64,000 nucleotides of DNA from Iamia sp. (GCF_035575815.1 NZ_DATLXO010000120.1:4234-68233), one strand, 5' to 3'; positions 27,772 through 37,075 are shown, numbered from the stretch's first letter. Made by a program: numbers and translations. The notes: generated from the sequence alone by a model not told the origin.

Positions 27772-28008
27772 ATGACTGTGCAGGCAACAGGAGCAGGTGC
27801 GACGGTGGCGTCGGTGGTGGTGGGTGCGGGAGCCGCGAGCTCTGGCGGGTCGGGCGTGCGCGCCGGCGTGGGTGACCAGCTGGCGCGCACCGGTGCCAGT
27901 GACCTCTCGGTCCTCGTGGCCGTCGCGTTGGTCATGATCCTCGCCGGCGTGCTGGTTCTGGGTCTGGCCCAACGCCATCGCCGCGGCGTTCTCGACACCG
28001 GCGCCTGA
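27772..28008 (+). CDS. 78-aa protein consisting largely of an LAxTG-type cell-wall sorting signal
   Basis: MTVQATGAGATVASVVVGAGAASSGGSGVRAGVGDQ-LARTG-ASDLSVLVAVALVMILAGVLVLGLA-QRHRRG. This is an LAxTG motif, a hydrophobic helix and a basic tail. RBS GAGAGG. It ends 11 nt before the GT2 gene. Confidence 0.55.
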   Translation: MTVQATGAGATVASVVVGAGAASSGGSGVRAGVGDQLARTGASDLSVLVAVALVMILAGVLVLGLAQRHRRGVLDTGA

Positions 28009-28019
28009 GACCGGTCGGC

Positions 28020-29813
28020 GTGGCCCCGGTGCCCCAGGTGCTCGTGGACCTCGCGGCCTCCACCGTTCCACCTGATTCGAGGGCCGCGGCCGGTGAGCAA
28101 CGCGCCACCCCTGCTCGGCGACTGGTTCCGGTCCTGGGGTTCGCCCAAGAGCTGGTGGTGCGGCTCCTCGTCCTGTCCTGGGCCATCACCGCCGGGTGGT
28201 TCTGGCTGTGGTGGCTCTCGCCCGAGCGCGGCGCCTTGGGAGGGTGGCGGCTCCTGACGACCGTGGTCCTGGGATGGCTCTTCGCCAACGCGTCGTACGG
28301 CTTGTTCTTCATGTGCCGCATGACCCGCCCGAACCCGGATCTCCCCGTCCCTCGGCTGCGCACCGCCATGGTGGTCACCAAGGCGCCGTCGGAACCGTGG
28401 TCGGTGCTGGCGCGCACCCTCGACGCCATGCGCTCCCAGGTGTTCCCCCACCCCTACGACGTGTGGCTGGCCGACGAGGATCCGTCGCAGGAGACCCTGG
28501 ACTGGTGCGCCGCCCACGGCGTGTCGGTGTCGACGCGATTCGGGATCACCGAGTACCACCGCGCCGAGTGGCCGAGGCGGACAAGGTCCAAGGAGGGCAA
28601 CCTCGCCTACTTCTACGACACCGTCGGCTACGAGCGGTATGACGTGGTGGCCCAGCTCGACGCCGACCACATCCCGGGGCCGACCTACCTGGCCGAGGTG
28701 GTCCGCCCCTTCGCCGACCCGTCGGTCGGCTACGTCTCGGCCCCCAGCGTGTGCGACGCGAACGACGCACGGGGCTGGACCGTCAAGGGACGCTTGCACA
28801 AGGAGGCGGCCCTCCACGGTCCCATCCAAGCCGGTTGCAACGGCGGCTGGGCTCCTGTCTGCATCGGGTCTCACTATGCCGTCCGCACCGCCGCGCTGCG
28901 TGGCGTCGGTGGCCTAGGGCCCGAGCTGGCCGAGGACTACTCGACGACCCTCTGGCTCCAGTCCGGCGGCTGGGACGGCGTGTTCGCCATCGACGCCGAA
29001 GCGCACGGGGACGGTCCCGAGAGCCTGGGCGCCATGTTGACCCAGGAGAAGCAGTGGGCCCGCAGCCTCGGCGTGATCCTGACCCGCTGGGCGCCCGGAC
29101 GGCTGCGCACCGCACCGTGGCGGGCCCGTCTCCGCCTCGGGTTCGCCCTCTGCCACTACCTCGCTCAAGGGCTCATCTTCATCCTCGGGGCCGTCATCCC
29201 GCCCCTCGCCGTGGTCACCGGCGCCAGCTGGGGGTCGACCAGTGTGGTCGGCTTCTACGGCCACATCTGGCCCAGCTCCCTCCTTCTGGGCGCGATCCTC
29301 TGGTACCTCCGCCGCCAGGACCTCCTGCGCCCGCGGGCGGCCAAGCTGTGGTCGCTCGACCTCGTGCTGTTCCAGATCATCCGCTGGCCGTGGACGACCT
29401 GGGGGTTCGTGTACGGGATGTGGCTCGGCATCCGACGCCGCGCCCCCGGCTTCGCCGTGACCCCCAAGGGCCAGAGCGCCCGGTCCGGGCTCCAGCCCCG
29501 CCACCTGGTGCCGACGCTCGTGCTCGGCGTCGTCCCCGCCGCGGCCGTGGTGCTCGTCCGTCACCCCGGCAGCGCTCTGGGGCTCCAGATCATCAGCGCC
29601 ATGCAAGCCATGATCTACCTGACGGTCGTCCTGGCCGTCATCATCCTCGACCTCCGCAACCAACGTCCCGGCCCGACCTCGGCGATCGATGGGGTTGCGT
29701 CGACGGTCGCGAGGTGGCGGCGCCGGCCCGCCGCAGCCCCGATCGGGGTGGCCGCCACTGTGGGCCTGTCGTTGGTGCTGTTCCGCCTGTCGGTCGTGGG
29801 CCTGACCCCGTGA
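28020..29813 (+). CDS. processive family-2 glycosyltransferase (cellulose-synthase-like, multi-TM)
   Basis: N-terminal TM helices. MVVTKAPSEP, D.WLADED, AQLDADH (DxD), ELAEDYSTT (TED-like) and QEKQWARS (QxxRW). About 6 C-terminal TM helices. 597 aa. Confidence 0.85.
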   Translation: MAPVPQVLVDLAASTVPPDSRAAAGEQRATPARRLVPVLGFAQELVVRLLVLSWAITAGWFWLWWLSPERGALGGWRLLTTVVLGWLFANASYGLFFMCRMTRPNPDLPVPRLRTAMVVTKAPSEPWSVLARTLDAMRSQVFPHPYDVWLADEDPSQETLDWCAAHGVSVSTRFGITEYHRAEWPRRTRSKEGNLAYFYDTVGYERYDVVAQLDADHIPGPTYLAEVVRPFADPSVGYVSAPSVCDANDARGWTVKGRLHKEAALHGPIQAGCNGGWAPVCIGSHYAVRTAALRGVGGLGPELAEDYSTTLWLQSGGWDGVFAIDAEAHGDGPESLGAMLTQEKQWARSLGVILTRWAPGRLRTAPWRARLRLGFALCHYLAQGLIFILGAVIPPLAVVTGASWGSTSVVGFYGHIWPSSLLLGAILWYLRRQDLLRPRAAKLWSLDLVLFQIIRWPWTTWGFVYGMWLGIRRRAPGFAVTPKGQSARSGLQPRHLVPTLVLGVVPAAAVVLVRHPGSALGLQIISAMQAMIYLTVVLAVIILDLRNQRPGPTSAIDGVASTVARWRRRPAAAPIGVAATVGLSLVLFRLSVVGLTP

Positions 29814-29852
29814 GGGGTCGCCGTCCCCACCGGGGAGCGTCGTTGCGGAGGA

Positions 29853-30821
29853 TCAGAAACGGGCTTGGTACCGCTTGGCGGCGTTGGGGAAGTCCGACAG
29901 CACCCCTCCGCCCCAGTCCCAGTTGAAGTAGGCCTGGTAGACGACATCGTTGGCGGCCATCCAATCGGCCATGCGGTCGACGAAGTAGGGGTTGTCTCCC
30001 CCGCCGGCGTACTGGTCACCCGGGGCGTAGAGGCCCCACTCGGGGAAGCTGATGGGCTTGCGATGCGCCCGGGCGAAGTCCCGATGCGCCTTCAGACCGA
30101 GCGGCCGGTTCACGATGTGGGACCACCGCTCTGCGGGCGTGACGCCGGGATCTCTCCACTTCACGTCGTAGACGTTCTGTCCGATGATGTCGACGACATC
30201 GTTGCCGGGGTAGAAGGACTCGTACGACGTGAGGGCCCGGCCCCCGGTGAGACCGGTGCAGGGGTTCCAGTCGAAGGTGAACCGGGCTCCGGGGATCGCT
30301 CGCAGGACCGACACAACGTGGCGGTACATCCGGACGTAGCCAGCGGGGTCGTCGGTTGCCTGCCACGGTCCGATGTTGGGGTTGTTGGCCTCGTAGCCCA
30401 AGCGGATGACCGAGTGGCCGAGACCCTTCGCCACCAGGGTGCGACCGAGGCCCACGAAGTGCTGGTCGAAGGCCCCCGCCGCACCGAGTGCGAACTGGCC
30501 CCGGTGGCTCTCCTGCAGCAGTGGAAGGCCGAGGACGAGGCGTCGCCCGGGTTCCTCTGCCACCCACCGGGACCACGGGTCGACCAGCCAGGTCGGGTTG
30601 AAGTCCGTGGCCCACCCGTTGCTGTATGGGACGTAGTCGGTCGCGTAGGTCTGGGCGCGGCCGGAGAAGGAGCCGAACCTCTCGAGCTGTTCGACCGCTC
30701 CCGGACCGTTGTAGACCCCAGACTCCACGTCATCAATCTGGCACCCGGCCAGCGCGATCAACGCGACGGCCAGCAGCGCGACGCCGAGGCGCCGAGGGCG
30801 GACGGAGATCTTGGCGCCCAC
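29853..30821 (-). CDS. secreted lipoprotein glycoside hydrolase (clan GH-A, GH26-like)
   Basis: 322 aa from GTG (cac 30819-30821): VGAKISVRPRRLGVALLAVALIALAGC (lipobox). IRLGYEANNPN is the candidate acid/base and KPISFPEWG the candidate nucleophile. Convergent with the GT2 gene. The family call is tentative. Confidence 0.7.
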   Translation of the reverse strand: MGAKISVRPRRLGVALLAVALIALAGCQIDDVESGVYNGPGAVEQLERFGSFSGRAQTYATDYVPYSNGWATDFNPTWLVDPWSRWVAEEPGRRLVLGLPLLQESHRGQFALGAAGAFDQHFVGLGRTLVAKGLGHSVIRLGYEANNPNIGPWQATDDPAGYVRMYRHVVSVLRAIPGARFTFDWNPCTGLTGGRALTSYESFYPGNDVVDIIGQNVYDVKWRDPGVTPAERWSHIVNRPLGLKAHRDFARAHRKPISFPEWGLYAPGDQYAGGGDNPYFVDRMADWMAANDVVYQAYFNWDWGGGVLSDFPNAAKRYQARF

Positions 30822-30973
30822 GGTTCGATGCCGCCGACACCCGGTCTCTATGGGGGGGTTCTGTTCCACCCCGCTCCATCGGTCGCAGGTGCGGTCATCG
30901 TGAGGGAAATCGGTCGAGTCCTCGACCAGGGTGCGCAGTCCGGCCGCCGAGATGCCGGCCGCGCCGCCGGTTC

Positions 30974-31630
30974 TCAGGTGAGCTGACCAGCCGACGGGCA
31001 GACGTCGGCCAGCGCGCACGCCGCGCACTGCGGGACCCGGGACCGGCAGATCGCCCGGCCGTGGAGGATCAACCGGAGGCTGAACACACCTCTCTCGGGT
31101 GCGGGCACCATGGGGTTGAGGGCGACCTCGGCCCGCACCGGATCGGTCTCGGTGGTGAGCCCGAGGCGGCGCGACACCCGCCCGACGTGGGTGTCGACCG
31201 GCAGGCCGGGTTGGCCCAGCGCCACGCTCCGCACCACGTTGGCCGTCTTGCGCCCCACGCCGGGGATGGTGACGAGGTCGGCCATGGCGCTCGGCACCTC
31301 GCCACCGAAGGTGGTGTCGAGGGCGTGGGCCATGCCCAGCAGGCTCCGGGCCTTGTTGCGGAAGAAGCCCGTGGGCCGGATGAGCTCCTCGACCTCCGAC
31401 GGGTCGGCGCCGGCCAGCTCACCGGGGGTGGGGTACCGTGCGAAGAGGGCCGGGGTCACGAGGTTGACCCGCTCGTCAGTGCACTGGGCCGACAAGATCG
31501 TCGCCACCAGCAGCTCGAAGGGGTTGCGGTGATCCAGTGCGCAGAGCTCGACCGCCGTACCCGGGTAGGTGTCGGCCAGGCGCTCGTGGACCACCCGGGC
31601 GCGTCCCTTGGGCGAACGAGGGCGGGCCAT
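30974..31630 (-). CDS. nth: endonuclease III
   Basis: 218 aa from ATG 31628-31630: FELLVATILSAQCTD.RVN, helix-hairpin-helix LVTIPGVGRKTANVV, VDTHV.RV..RLGL, and C-terminal C-x6-C-x2-C-x5-C (CRSRVPQCAACALADVC). Confidence 0.95.
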   Translation of the reverse strand: MARPRSPKGRARVVHERLADTYPGTAVELCALDHRNPFELLVATILSAQCTDERVNLVTPALFARYPTPGELAGADPSEVEELIRPTGFFRNKARSLLGMAHALDTTFGGEVPSAMADLVTIPGVGRKTANVVRSVALGQPGLPVDTHVGRVSRRLGLTTETDPVRAEVALNPMVPAPERGVFSLRLILHGRAICRSRVPQCAACALADVCPSAGQLT

Positions 31631-31723
31631 CCCCGGAGGGTAGGTGGACCCACCGCTCCCCGCGCCGGCGGACCCATCCCCCGCACCGCCCGGCATCCGG
31701 GGTGCCGCCGGTAGGGTCCGGCC

Positions 31724-32572
31724 GTGGCCGCCGTCCGACTGAACGCCCACGGCGGCGAGGTGGCGTCGGGCCCCGCAGCCGGGCTCCGGGCCCGGGCCCG
31801 CCGGCGTCACGGCGAGGCCTGGTTGACCACCACCCCCCTTCCCGCCGACGCCGAGCCGGCGGGTCCCCAAGCCCGCGCCCTCGCCGACCTGCTCCTCGCC
31901 GTCGGTGAGGCGGCGCTCGCCGACGGCGCCGTCGCCGTGCACTGGGAGACCGACGAGCCCGAGGCCCTGGTCGACCCCGTGGCCACCGCCTCGGGGTTGG
32001 ACGAGCGGCGCGACGTCCTGCTGCTGCGCCGGTCGCTGCCGCTCGCGACCGGTGACCTCGACGCGACCCGTCCGGTGCCGGTGCGTCCCCTGCGCCCCGG
32101 CAGCCTCGACGAGGAGGCGTGGGTCCGGTGCAACAACCGGGCCTTCGCGGGCCACCCGGACCAGGGCCGCGAGACGGTGGCCAGCCTGCGCTCGGCCATG
32201 GTCGAGCCGTGGTTCGACCCCGCCGGGTTCCTGCTCGTCGACGGCACCCCCGGCGTCGATGCCGGAGGCCACCTCGACGGCTACTGCTGGACCAAGGTGC
32301 ACCCGGCGACGGCCACGGAACCCGAGACCGGCGAGATCTACGTCATCGGCGTCGACCCCTCGGCCGGGGGCCGAGGGCTGGGCCGCTCGCTCGTCGTCGC
32401 CGGCCTCACCCACCTCGCCGACCGGGGCACCACCCAGGGCCTGCTCTACGTCGACGCCGACAACGTCGCCGCCCGCCGGCTCTACGAGCGGCTCGGCTTC
32501 ACCCCGGCGCACACCCGTCGGGTGCGCTCGCACCGACCCGGCGCGCCCTCTCGGTCTCAGGCGACCGAGTAG
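31724..32572 (+). CDS. mshD: mycothiol synthase (GNAT, MshD-like)
   Basis: WVRCNNRAFAGHPDQG..T...L......PWFDPAGFLL......L.GYCWTKVH......GEIYVIGVDPS..GRGLGR.L...GL..L...G.....LYVDADN..A..LYE.LGF matches the C-terminal MshD acetyltransferase domain. 282 aa. Confidence 0.75.
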   Translation: MAAVRLNAHGGEVASGPAAGLRARARRRHGEAWLTTTPLPADAEPAGPQARALADLLLAVGEAALADGAVAVHWETDEPEALVDPVATASGLDERRDVLLLRRSLPLATGDLDATRPVPVRPLRPGSLDEEAWVRCNNRAFAGHPDQGRETVASLRSAMVEPWFDPAGFLLVDGTPGVDAGGHLDGYCWTKVHPATATEPETGEIYVIGVDPSAGGRGLGRSLVVAGLTHLADRGTTQGLLYVDADNVAARRLYERLGFTPAHTRRVRSHRPGAPSRSQATE

Positions 32573-33111
32573 GGCTCCTCGCCCGAACCCACCACGCCCC
32601 GCACCGGGTGGAACGGCAGGGGGATCCTCCACCAGCGGCCCCTGCGGGCCCGGATGATCCCGACGATGGCCACCGCGTAGGTCACCAGGGTGAGGCTCAC
32701 GAGCAGCACCAGACCGATCAGGAAGGCGCTCGTCACCGAGGGGACCTCGTCGGTGCTGGTGATGAGGTCGAGGTAGTACGGCACCAGCAACCCCAGGGCG
32801 AGGAGCTGCGGGATAATGGTGGTGAGGGTCAGGTTGAGGGCCTCGGCCGCGTGGTGGCGCACGAAGGCCTTGTCCTTGGCCACGACGTAGAAGACCAACG
32901 CCCCGATCCAGCCGCCGCCGACCAGGAACACGATCCACATCACCATGGCCATCGTGCGCTCCTGGGATCGGGCCACGGCCGGGTCGACGCCGGTCCTCGG
33001 GTCCGGGGCGGCGGCCGCCGCCGAGGTCCAGGCGCGCCCGTCCCACCACCACCAGGCCCCTGCGGCATCGGCGTACCAGCCGGGCTGCTCGGGAGGGGCC
33101 ACGTCCGTCAT
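32557..33111 (-). CDS. membrane protein, DUF2510-like N-terminus + DUF4870-like TM domain
   Basis: GWYADAAGAWWWWDGRAWT (GWY.D....RWWDG..WT motif) followed by 4 hydrophobic helices (HAAEALNLTLT...). 184 aa. 16-nt convergent overlap with mshD. Confidence 0.7.
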   Translation of the reverse strand: MTDVAPPEQPGWYADAAGAWWWWDGRAWTSAAAAAPDPRTGVDPAVARSQERTMAMVMWIVFLVGGGWIGALVFYVVAKDKAFVRHHAAEALNLTLTTIIPQLLALGLLVPYYLDLITSTDEVPSVTSAFLIGLVLLVSLTLVTYAVAIVGIIRARRGRWWRIPLPFHPVRGVVGSGEEPYSVA

Positions 33112-33206
33112 GGGCCGAGGCTAGGTGAGGTTAGGTGAGAGGATGGCGAACGCTCCCGGGTCGCGGGGTAGGGGGCCGCGCCCACTGCGCGCCGTAGCCT
33201 CGCAGG

Positions 33207-34277
33207 GTGCCGCCCGTGACCCGCTACGACGTCGATCGCACCGCCCTGGGGGCCTTGCTCGACGACGAGCCCCGCTACCGGGTCGACCAGGTGTGGGCCG
33301 GGCTCCACGACCAGCTCGCCACCCCTGAGGAGATGACCAACGTCCCCCTCGCCCTCCGGGCCCGGCTGGCCGCGTCGCTCCCCGAGGGCCTGGCCCTCAC
33401 GACCGAGGCCACCGCGGACGGCGGCGACACCGTGAAGTGGCTCTGGACCCTCGCCGACGGGTCTCGCGTCGAGACGGTGCTCATGCACTACCCCCAGCGC
33501 TCCACGGTCTGCGTGTCGAGCCAGGCCGGGTGCGCCATGGCCTGCAGCTTCTGCGCCACCGGCCAGGCCGGTTTCACCCGTCAGCTGAGCGCCGGGGAGA
33601 TCGTCGAGCAGGTGGTGCGGGCCGCCCGTCGGGCCCGCGATGACGGCCGACGCCTCGGCAACGTCGTGTTCATGGGCATGGGCGAGCCCCTGGCCAACTA
33701 CGACGCCACCTGGACGGCCATCCGTCGCATCCACGGCGACCTCGGGTTGGGTGCCCGGCACCTGACGGTGTCGACCGTCGGGGTCGTTCCCGGGATCCGT
33801 CGGATGACCCACGAGGAGCTGCCGGTGAACCTGGCGGTATCGCTCCACGCTGCGGATGACGCCCTCCGCGACGAGCTGGTGCCGCTCAACAAGCGCTTCG
33901 GCCTGTCGATGCTGGCCGAAGCATGTTCCGACTACATCGAGGTCACCGGACGCCGGCTCAGCTTCGAGTGGGCGCTGATCGCCGGGGTCAACGACCGCCC
34001 CGGCGACGCGGCGCGCCTGGCGGACTACGCCCGGGCCCTGCGCGCCCACGTCAACCTCATCCCCCTCAACCCGACGCCGGGCTACCGCACGCGCGGCACC
34101 TCGCCCGAAGGGGTCGAGGCGTTCCGGTCCCGACTGGCCGAGCGCGGCGTCAACGTGACGGTGCGCCACACCCGGGGCACCTCGATCGACGCCGCCTGCG
34201 GCCAGCTGGCGGCCGGGGCCACGGCGCTGGCGTCACCGACCCGCCGCGCCGTGCCGGTCGCCCCGGTCGCCGAGTAG
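33207..34277 (+). CDS. rlmN: 23S rRNA/tRNA m2A methyltransferase, radical SAM
   Basis: KWLW.L.DG...E.VLM.Y....TVCVSSQAGCAMACSFCATGQ.GF.R.L...EIV.Q, VFMGMGEPL.N, N.IPLNPT, DAACGQL. 356 aa. Confidence 0.95.
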   Translation: MPPVTRYDVDRTALGALLDDEPRYRVDQVWAGLHDQLATPEEMTNVPLALRARLAASLPEGLALTTEATADGGDTVKWLWTLADGSRVETVLMHYPQRSTVCVSSQAGCAMACSFCATGQAGFTRQLSAGEIVEQVVRAARRARDDGRRLGNVVFMGMGEPLANYDATWTAIRRIHGDLGLGARHLTVSTVGVVPGIRRMTHEELPVNLAVSLHAADDALRDELVPLNKRFGLSMLAEACSDYIEVTGRRLSFEWALIAGVNDRPGDAARLADYARALRAHVNLIPLNPTPGYRTRGTSPEGVEAFRSRLAERGVNVTVRHTRGTSIDAACGQLAAGATALASPTRRAVPVAPVAE

Positions 34278-34308
34278 CCTCCCACCGGCGGAGCGGAGGA
34301 CCAAGGCG

Positions 34309-35841
34309 ATGGCAGTGACCACGGTGCTCGAGAGCAGAGGCGACCGGTCGGCCGCGTTGCGCCGCGCCCGCCGCCTCGTCGTGGGGATGCTGACCGTCGG
34401 CGCCCTGCTGGCTCCCCTGCCCGCATCGGCGGCCACGCCGTCCTCGCCTCCCGCGGCAGGCGCCACCGGCGTCGGTGGCGCAGTAGTGGACGGGGCCGAT
34501 CTCCGCGTCGTGACCCAGACCCCCGGGACCGACCCGGCCTTCGACGACACCCCCCTGGCGACCAACCCCGTGTCGCCGTCGCTGCTCGCGCTCCGGGTCG
34601 AGAGCGCTGAGGTCGCCGCGGCCGACGATACCTTGCTCGCCGCGGAGGTCGATCGCGACGACGCCATCGACCTCCGCGACGACCTGCGTCGCCGGATCAT
34701 CGACCTGCAGGGCGACAGGGAGGCTGCGGTCGCGCTCCTGGCCCAGCGGCGCATCGACGAGCGGGCCCGGGGCGAGGAGCGGGTGGAGGCCGTTGCGCTC
34801 CACCGCCGCCGAGTCCAGGAGGCCGATCGGGCCCTCCGCATCCTCGAGCGGGCCCGCGACGCCCTGCGGGAGCTGCTGGTCGCCAACTACATGTCGGAGT
34901 CCTCGACCGTGTCGGACATCGGCACCGTCCTCAGCGGGCAGGGCGGGGTCAACGACGCCCTCGTGCGCCTATCACTGGGTGAGTCGTCGGTGGCCGCCCG
35001 AGCCGACGACGTCGACGAGGCGCTCGACGACCGTCGGGCCGCCATCGACGCCCGCACCCGGGCCCGCGACGCCCGCCGCCGGGCCGAGCAGGCCGAGCGC
35101 GACGCCGTTGCCGCCCGCCAGGGCACCGAGCAGCAGATCCGCGACATCGAGGCCGATGCGGTCCGCACCAGGGTGGAGGAGGCCGACTCGGTCGAGGCGC
35201 TCGGCCGCCGCGAGGCCGCCGTGCTGGAGGCACAGGTCGGCCTGACCCCACCCCGCCTGCGCGCCGATGTCGTCGGGGCCGGGCTCGACTTCCAGCTCGT
35301 GGCCCTCGACGCCTGGGTGAAGGCCGCCGCCAGTGCCCCGTGCCGGGTCGAGTGGTGGATGCTCGCCGGCATCTCGAAGATCGAGGGCCGCCACGGCACC
35401 TTCGGCGGAGGCCGCCTGGGCGCCCGGGGATACCCCACCACCCGCATCATCGGCCCCCAGCTGGACGGCAGTGGCGACTTCGCCCGCATCGGCGACACCG
35501 ACGCTGGCCTCTACGACGACGACCCGGTGTTCGACCGCGCCGTCGGCCCCATGCAGTTCATCCCCTCGACCTGGGCCGGCTGGGGGCGCGACGGCGACGG
35601 CGACGGCCAACGCGACCCGCACACCTTCTACGACGCCACCGCCGGTGCCGCCGCCTACCTCTGCGCCGGGCGCACCGACCTCACCGACGAGGCCCAGCTC
35701 CGCGCTGCCTACTTCTCCTACAACCACTCCCTGCCCTACGTCGCAGCCGTCCTGGCCCAGGCTCGGAGCTACCAGGCGGCGCTCACCGTCGCTCCGCACG
35801 TCCCCGCCCCGCCCTCCCGGCCCTTTGCCCCGCCCGCCTGA
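34309..35841 (+). CDS. secreted coiled-coil protein with C-terminal lytic transglycosylase (SLT_2/MltB-like) domain
   Basis: Signal peptide (RRARRLVVGMLTVGALLAPLPASAA). Long Asp/Arg/Ala-rich coiled coil. Then LAGISKIEGRHG, GPMQFIPSTWA.WG.DGDGDG..DP....DA..AAA.YLC. 510 aa. Confidence 0.8.
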   Translation: MAVTTVLESRGDRSAALRRARRLVVGMLTVGALLAPLPASAATPSSPPAAGATGVGGAVVDGADLRVVTQTPGTDPAFDDTPLATNPVSPSLLALRVESAEVAAADDTLLAAEVDRDDAIDLRDDLRRRIIDLQGDREAAVALLAQRRIDERARGEERVEAVALHRRRVQEADRALRILERARDALRELLVANYMSESSTVSDIGTVLSGQGGVNDALVRLSLGESSVAARADDVDEALDDRRAAIDARTRARDARRRAEQAERDAVAARQGTEQQIRDIEADAVRTRVEEADSVEALGRREAAVLEAQVGLTPPRLRADVVGAGLDFQLVALDAWVKAAASAPCRVEWWMLAGISKIEGRHGTFGGGRLGARGYPTTRIIGPQLDGSGDFARIGDTDAGLYDDDPVFDRAVGPMQFIPSTWAGWGRDGDGDGQRDPHTFYDATAGAAAYLCAGRTDLTDEAQLRAAYFSYNHSLPYVAAVLAQARSYQAALTVAPHVPAPPSRPFAPPA

Positions 35842-35848
35842 ACCTGCC

Positions 35849-35972
35849 CGGTCACCGGACTGAGCCCGGTCGGTGGAGGAGCAGGGCCCGTCGCGCCGCA
35901 CGGTCACCCGACCGAGCCCGGTCGGTGGAGGAGCAAGACCCGCAGAGCACCACGGTCAACGGACGAGCACCG
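35849..35972. repeat. 52-bp tandem repeat, about 2.4 copies
   Basis: cggtcaccggactgagcccggtcggtggaggagcagggcccg... (35849) and cggtcacccgaccgagcccggtcggtggaggagcaagacccg... (35901), with a partial third copy from 35953. Each unit contains hairpin CCGACCG-AGCC-CGGTCGG. It lies at a convergent gene junction. Confidence 0.85.
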
Positions 35973-36729
35973 TGAGCGGACCGGCGCGGATGGCGTCGAC
36001 CAGTCGCTCCCCGGCGCCGACCTCGGCCCCCGGCCACACCACCGAGCGCACCACCTCGGACCCCTCGGCCACCCGGGCATCGGCCCCGATCACGCTGGGC
36101 CCCCCGGACCAGGCCAGGTTGGCGGCGAGGTAGTCCGCCGGGTTCCCGCAGTCGACGAACGGCCCCTCGTGGACCACCAGGTCGAGCGCGCCGGCGAGGC
36201 GAGCGGCCGCCCACGACGCCTCGTAGAGCCCCGCCGGCTCGGGACCGAGGCGGCCCACCTCGCTCCAGGGCATGAGCGCGACCCCGCAGTAGCGCAGGGG
36301 CCCGAAGTCGCCGCGGGCTGCATCGGCCACGCACAGCAGGCGCACCCGTTCGCCGTCCCACCCCTGGGCGAAGGCCACCAGATCGGTCCGCAGCCAGGCA
36401 TCGGCGTTGGTGATGAGCGTGGGACGCCCGTCGATCCAGTCGCGCAGCACGCCCAGGGCCCCGGCGGTGCCGCGCGGCTCCCCCTCCTCCGCCGAGACGT
36501 GAGGCGGGTCGCCGGGTGCCGACCCGGTGAGGTGGGCTTCCATCGCCCGCCGGCCGTGGTGCACGTTCACGGCCCGGTCGGAGGTGACCGGGGCGAGGCG
36601 GTCCAGGGCGTGGTCGACGAGGGGCCGGTTGCCGACGGGGCACAGGGCCTTGGGCCGGAGGCGGGTGAGGGGCCCGAGGCGCGTCCCGGCACCCGCGGCG
36701 AGGACCACTCCTGCCACACTGTCAGCCAT
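35956..36729 (-). CDS. sugar-phosphate nucleotidyltransferase family protein
   Basis: From ATG 36727-36729: MADSVAGVVLAAGAGTRLGPLTRLRPKALCPV (G-x-G-T-R-x motif), GTAGAL, and a C-terminal left-handed-helix-like region. Confidence 0.8.
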   Translation of the reverse strand: MADSVAGVVLAAGAGTRLGPLTRLRPKALCPVGNRPLVDHALDRLAPVTSDRAVNVHHGRRAMEAHLTGSAPGDPPHVSAEEGEPRGTAGALGVLRDWIDGRPTLITNADAWLRTDLVAFAQGWDGERVRLLCVADAARGDFGPLRYCGVALMPWSEVGRLGPEPAGLYEASWAAARLAGALDLVVHEGPFVDCGNPADYLAANLAWSGGPSVIGADARVAEGSEVVRSVVWPGAEVGAGERLVDAIRAGPLTVLVR

Positions 36730-37075
36730 GGCCCTCACCCGCTGGACCAACCAGTCGCTGCCCCAGACGCTGCAGATCGGGATGTTCCTGCTCTACATCG
36801 ACGCCGTGTTCGGCGTGCTCTACGGCAGGATCTTCTCGTTCCCCATCGGCACCGCCCTGGTGGTCGGCGCCGCCGCCGCCGGGCTGGGCATCGCCAACGA
36901 GCTGCGGTGGGGCTGGCTCCTCGGCGTCGTGGTCTCGGCCATCTCGGTGCTCTTCAGCCTGCTGGTGCTCAGCTCGAACCTCTTCGCCGCGATCGGGCTG
37001 ATGTTCGCGGTGGCCCAGCTGGTGCTGCTCGTCCACCCCCAGAGCCGCGCCCACCAGAAGATCTGGTTCACCTGA
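36728..37075 (+). CDS. small membrane protein (about 115 aa)
   Basis: MALTRWTNQSLPQTLQIGMFLLYIDAVFGVLYG...: 3-4 hydrophobic helices and GC3-rich. The ATG at 36728 overlaps the divergent gene ATG (CCATGG). The start is uncertain. Confidence 0.5.
   Translation: MALTRWTNQSLPQTLQIGMFLLYIDAVFGVLYGRIFSFPIGTALVVGAAAAGLGIANELRWGWLLGVVVSAISVLFSLLVLSSNLFAAIGLMFAVAQLVLLVHPQSRAHQKIWFT

Noticed and set aside
27360-28874. 504-aa minus ORF, 28751-29926 plus ORF and other long ORFs across the GT2 gene
   Set aside because: They are antisense or out of frame to a GT2 with clear DxD/TED/QxxRW motifs, and their composition is non-protein-like.
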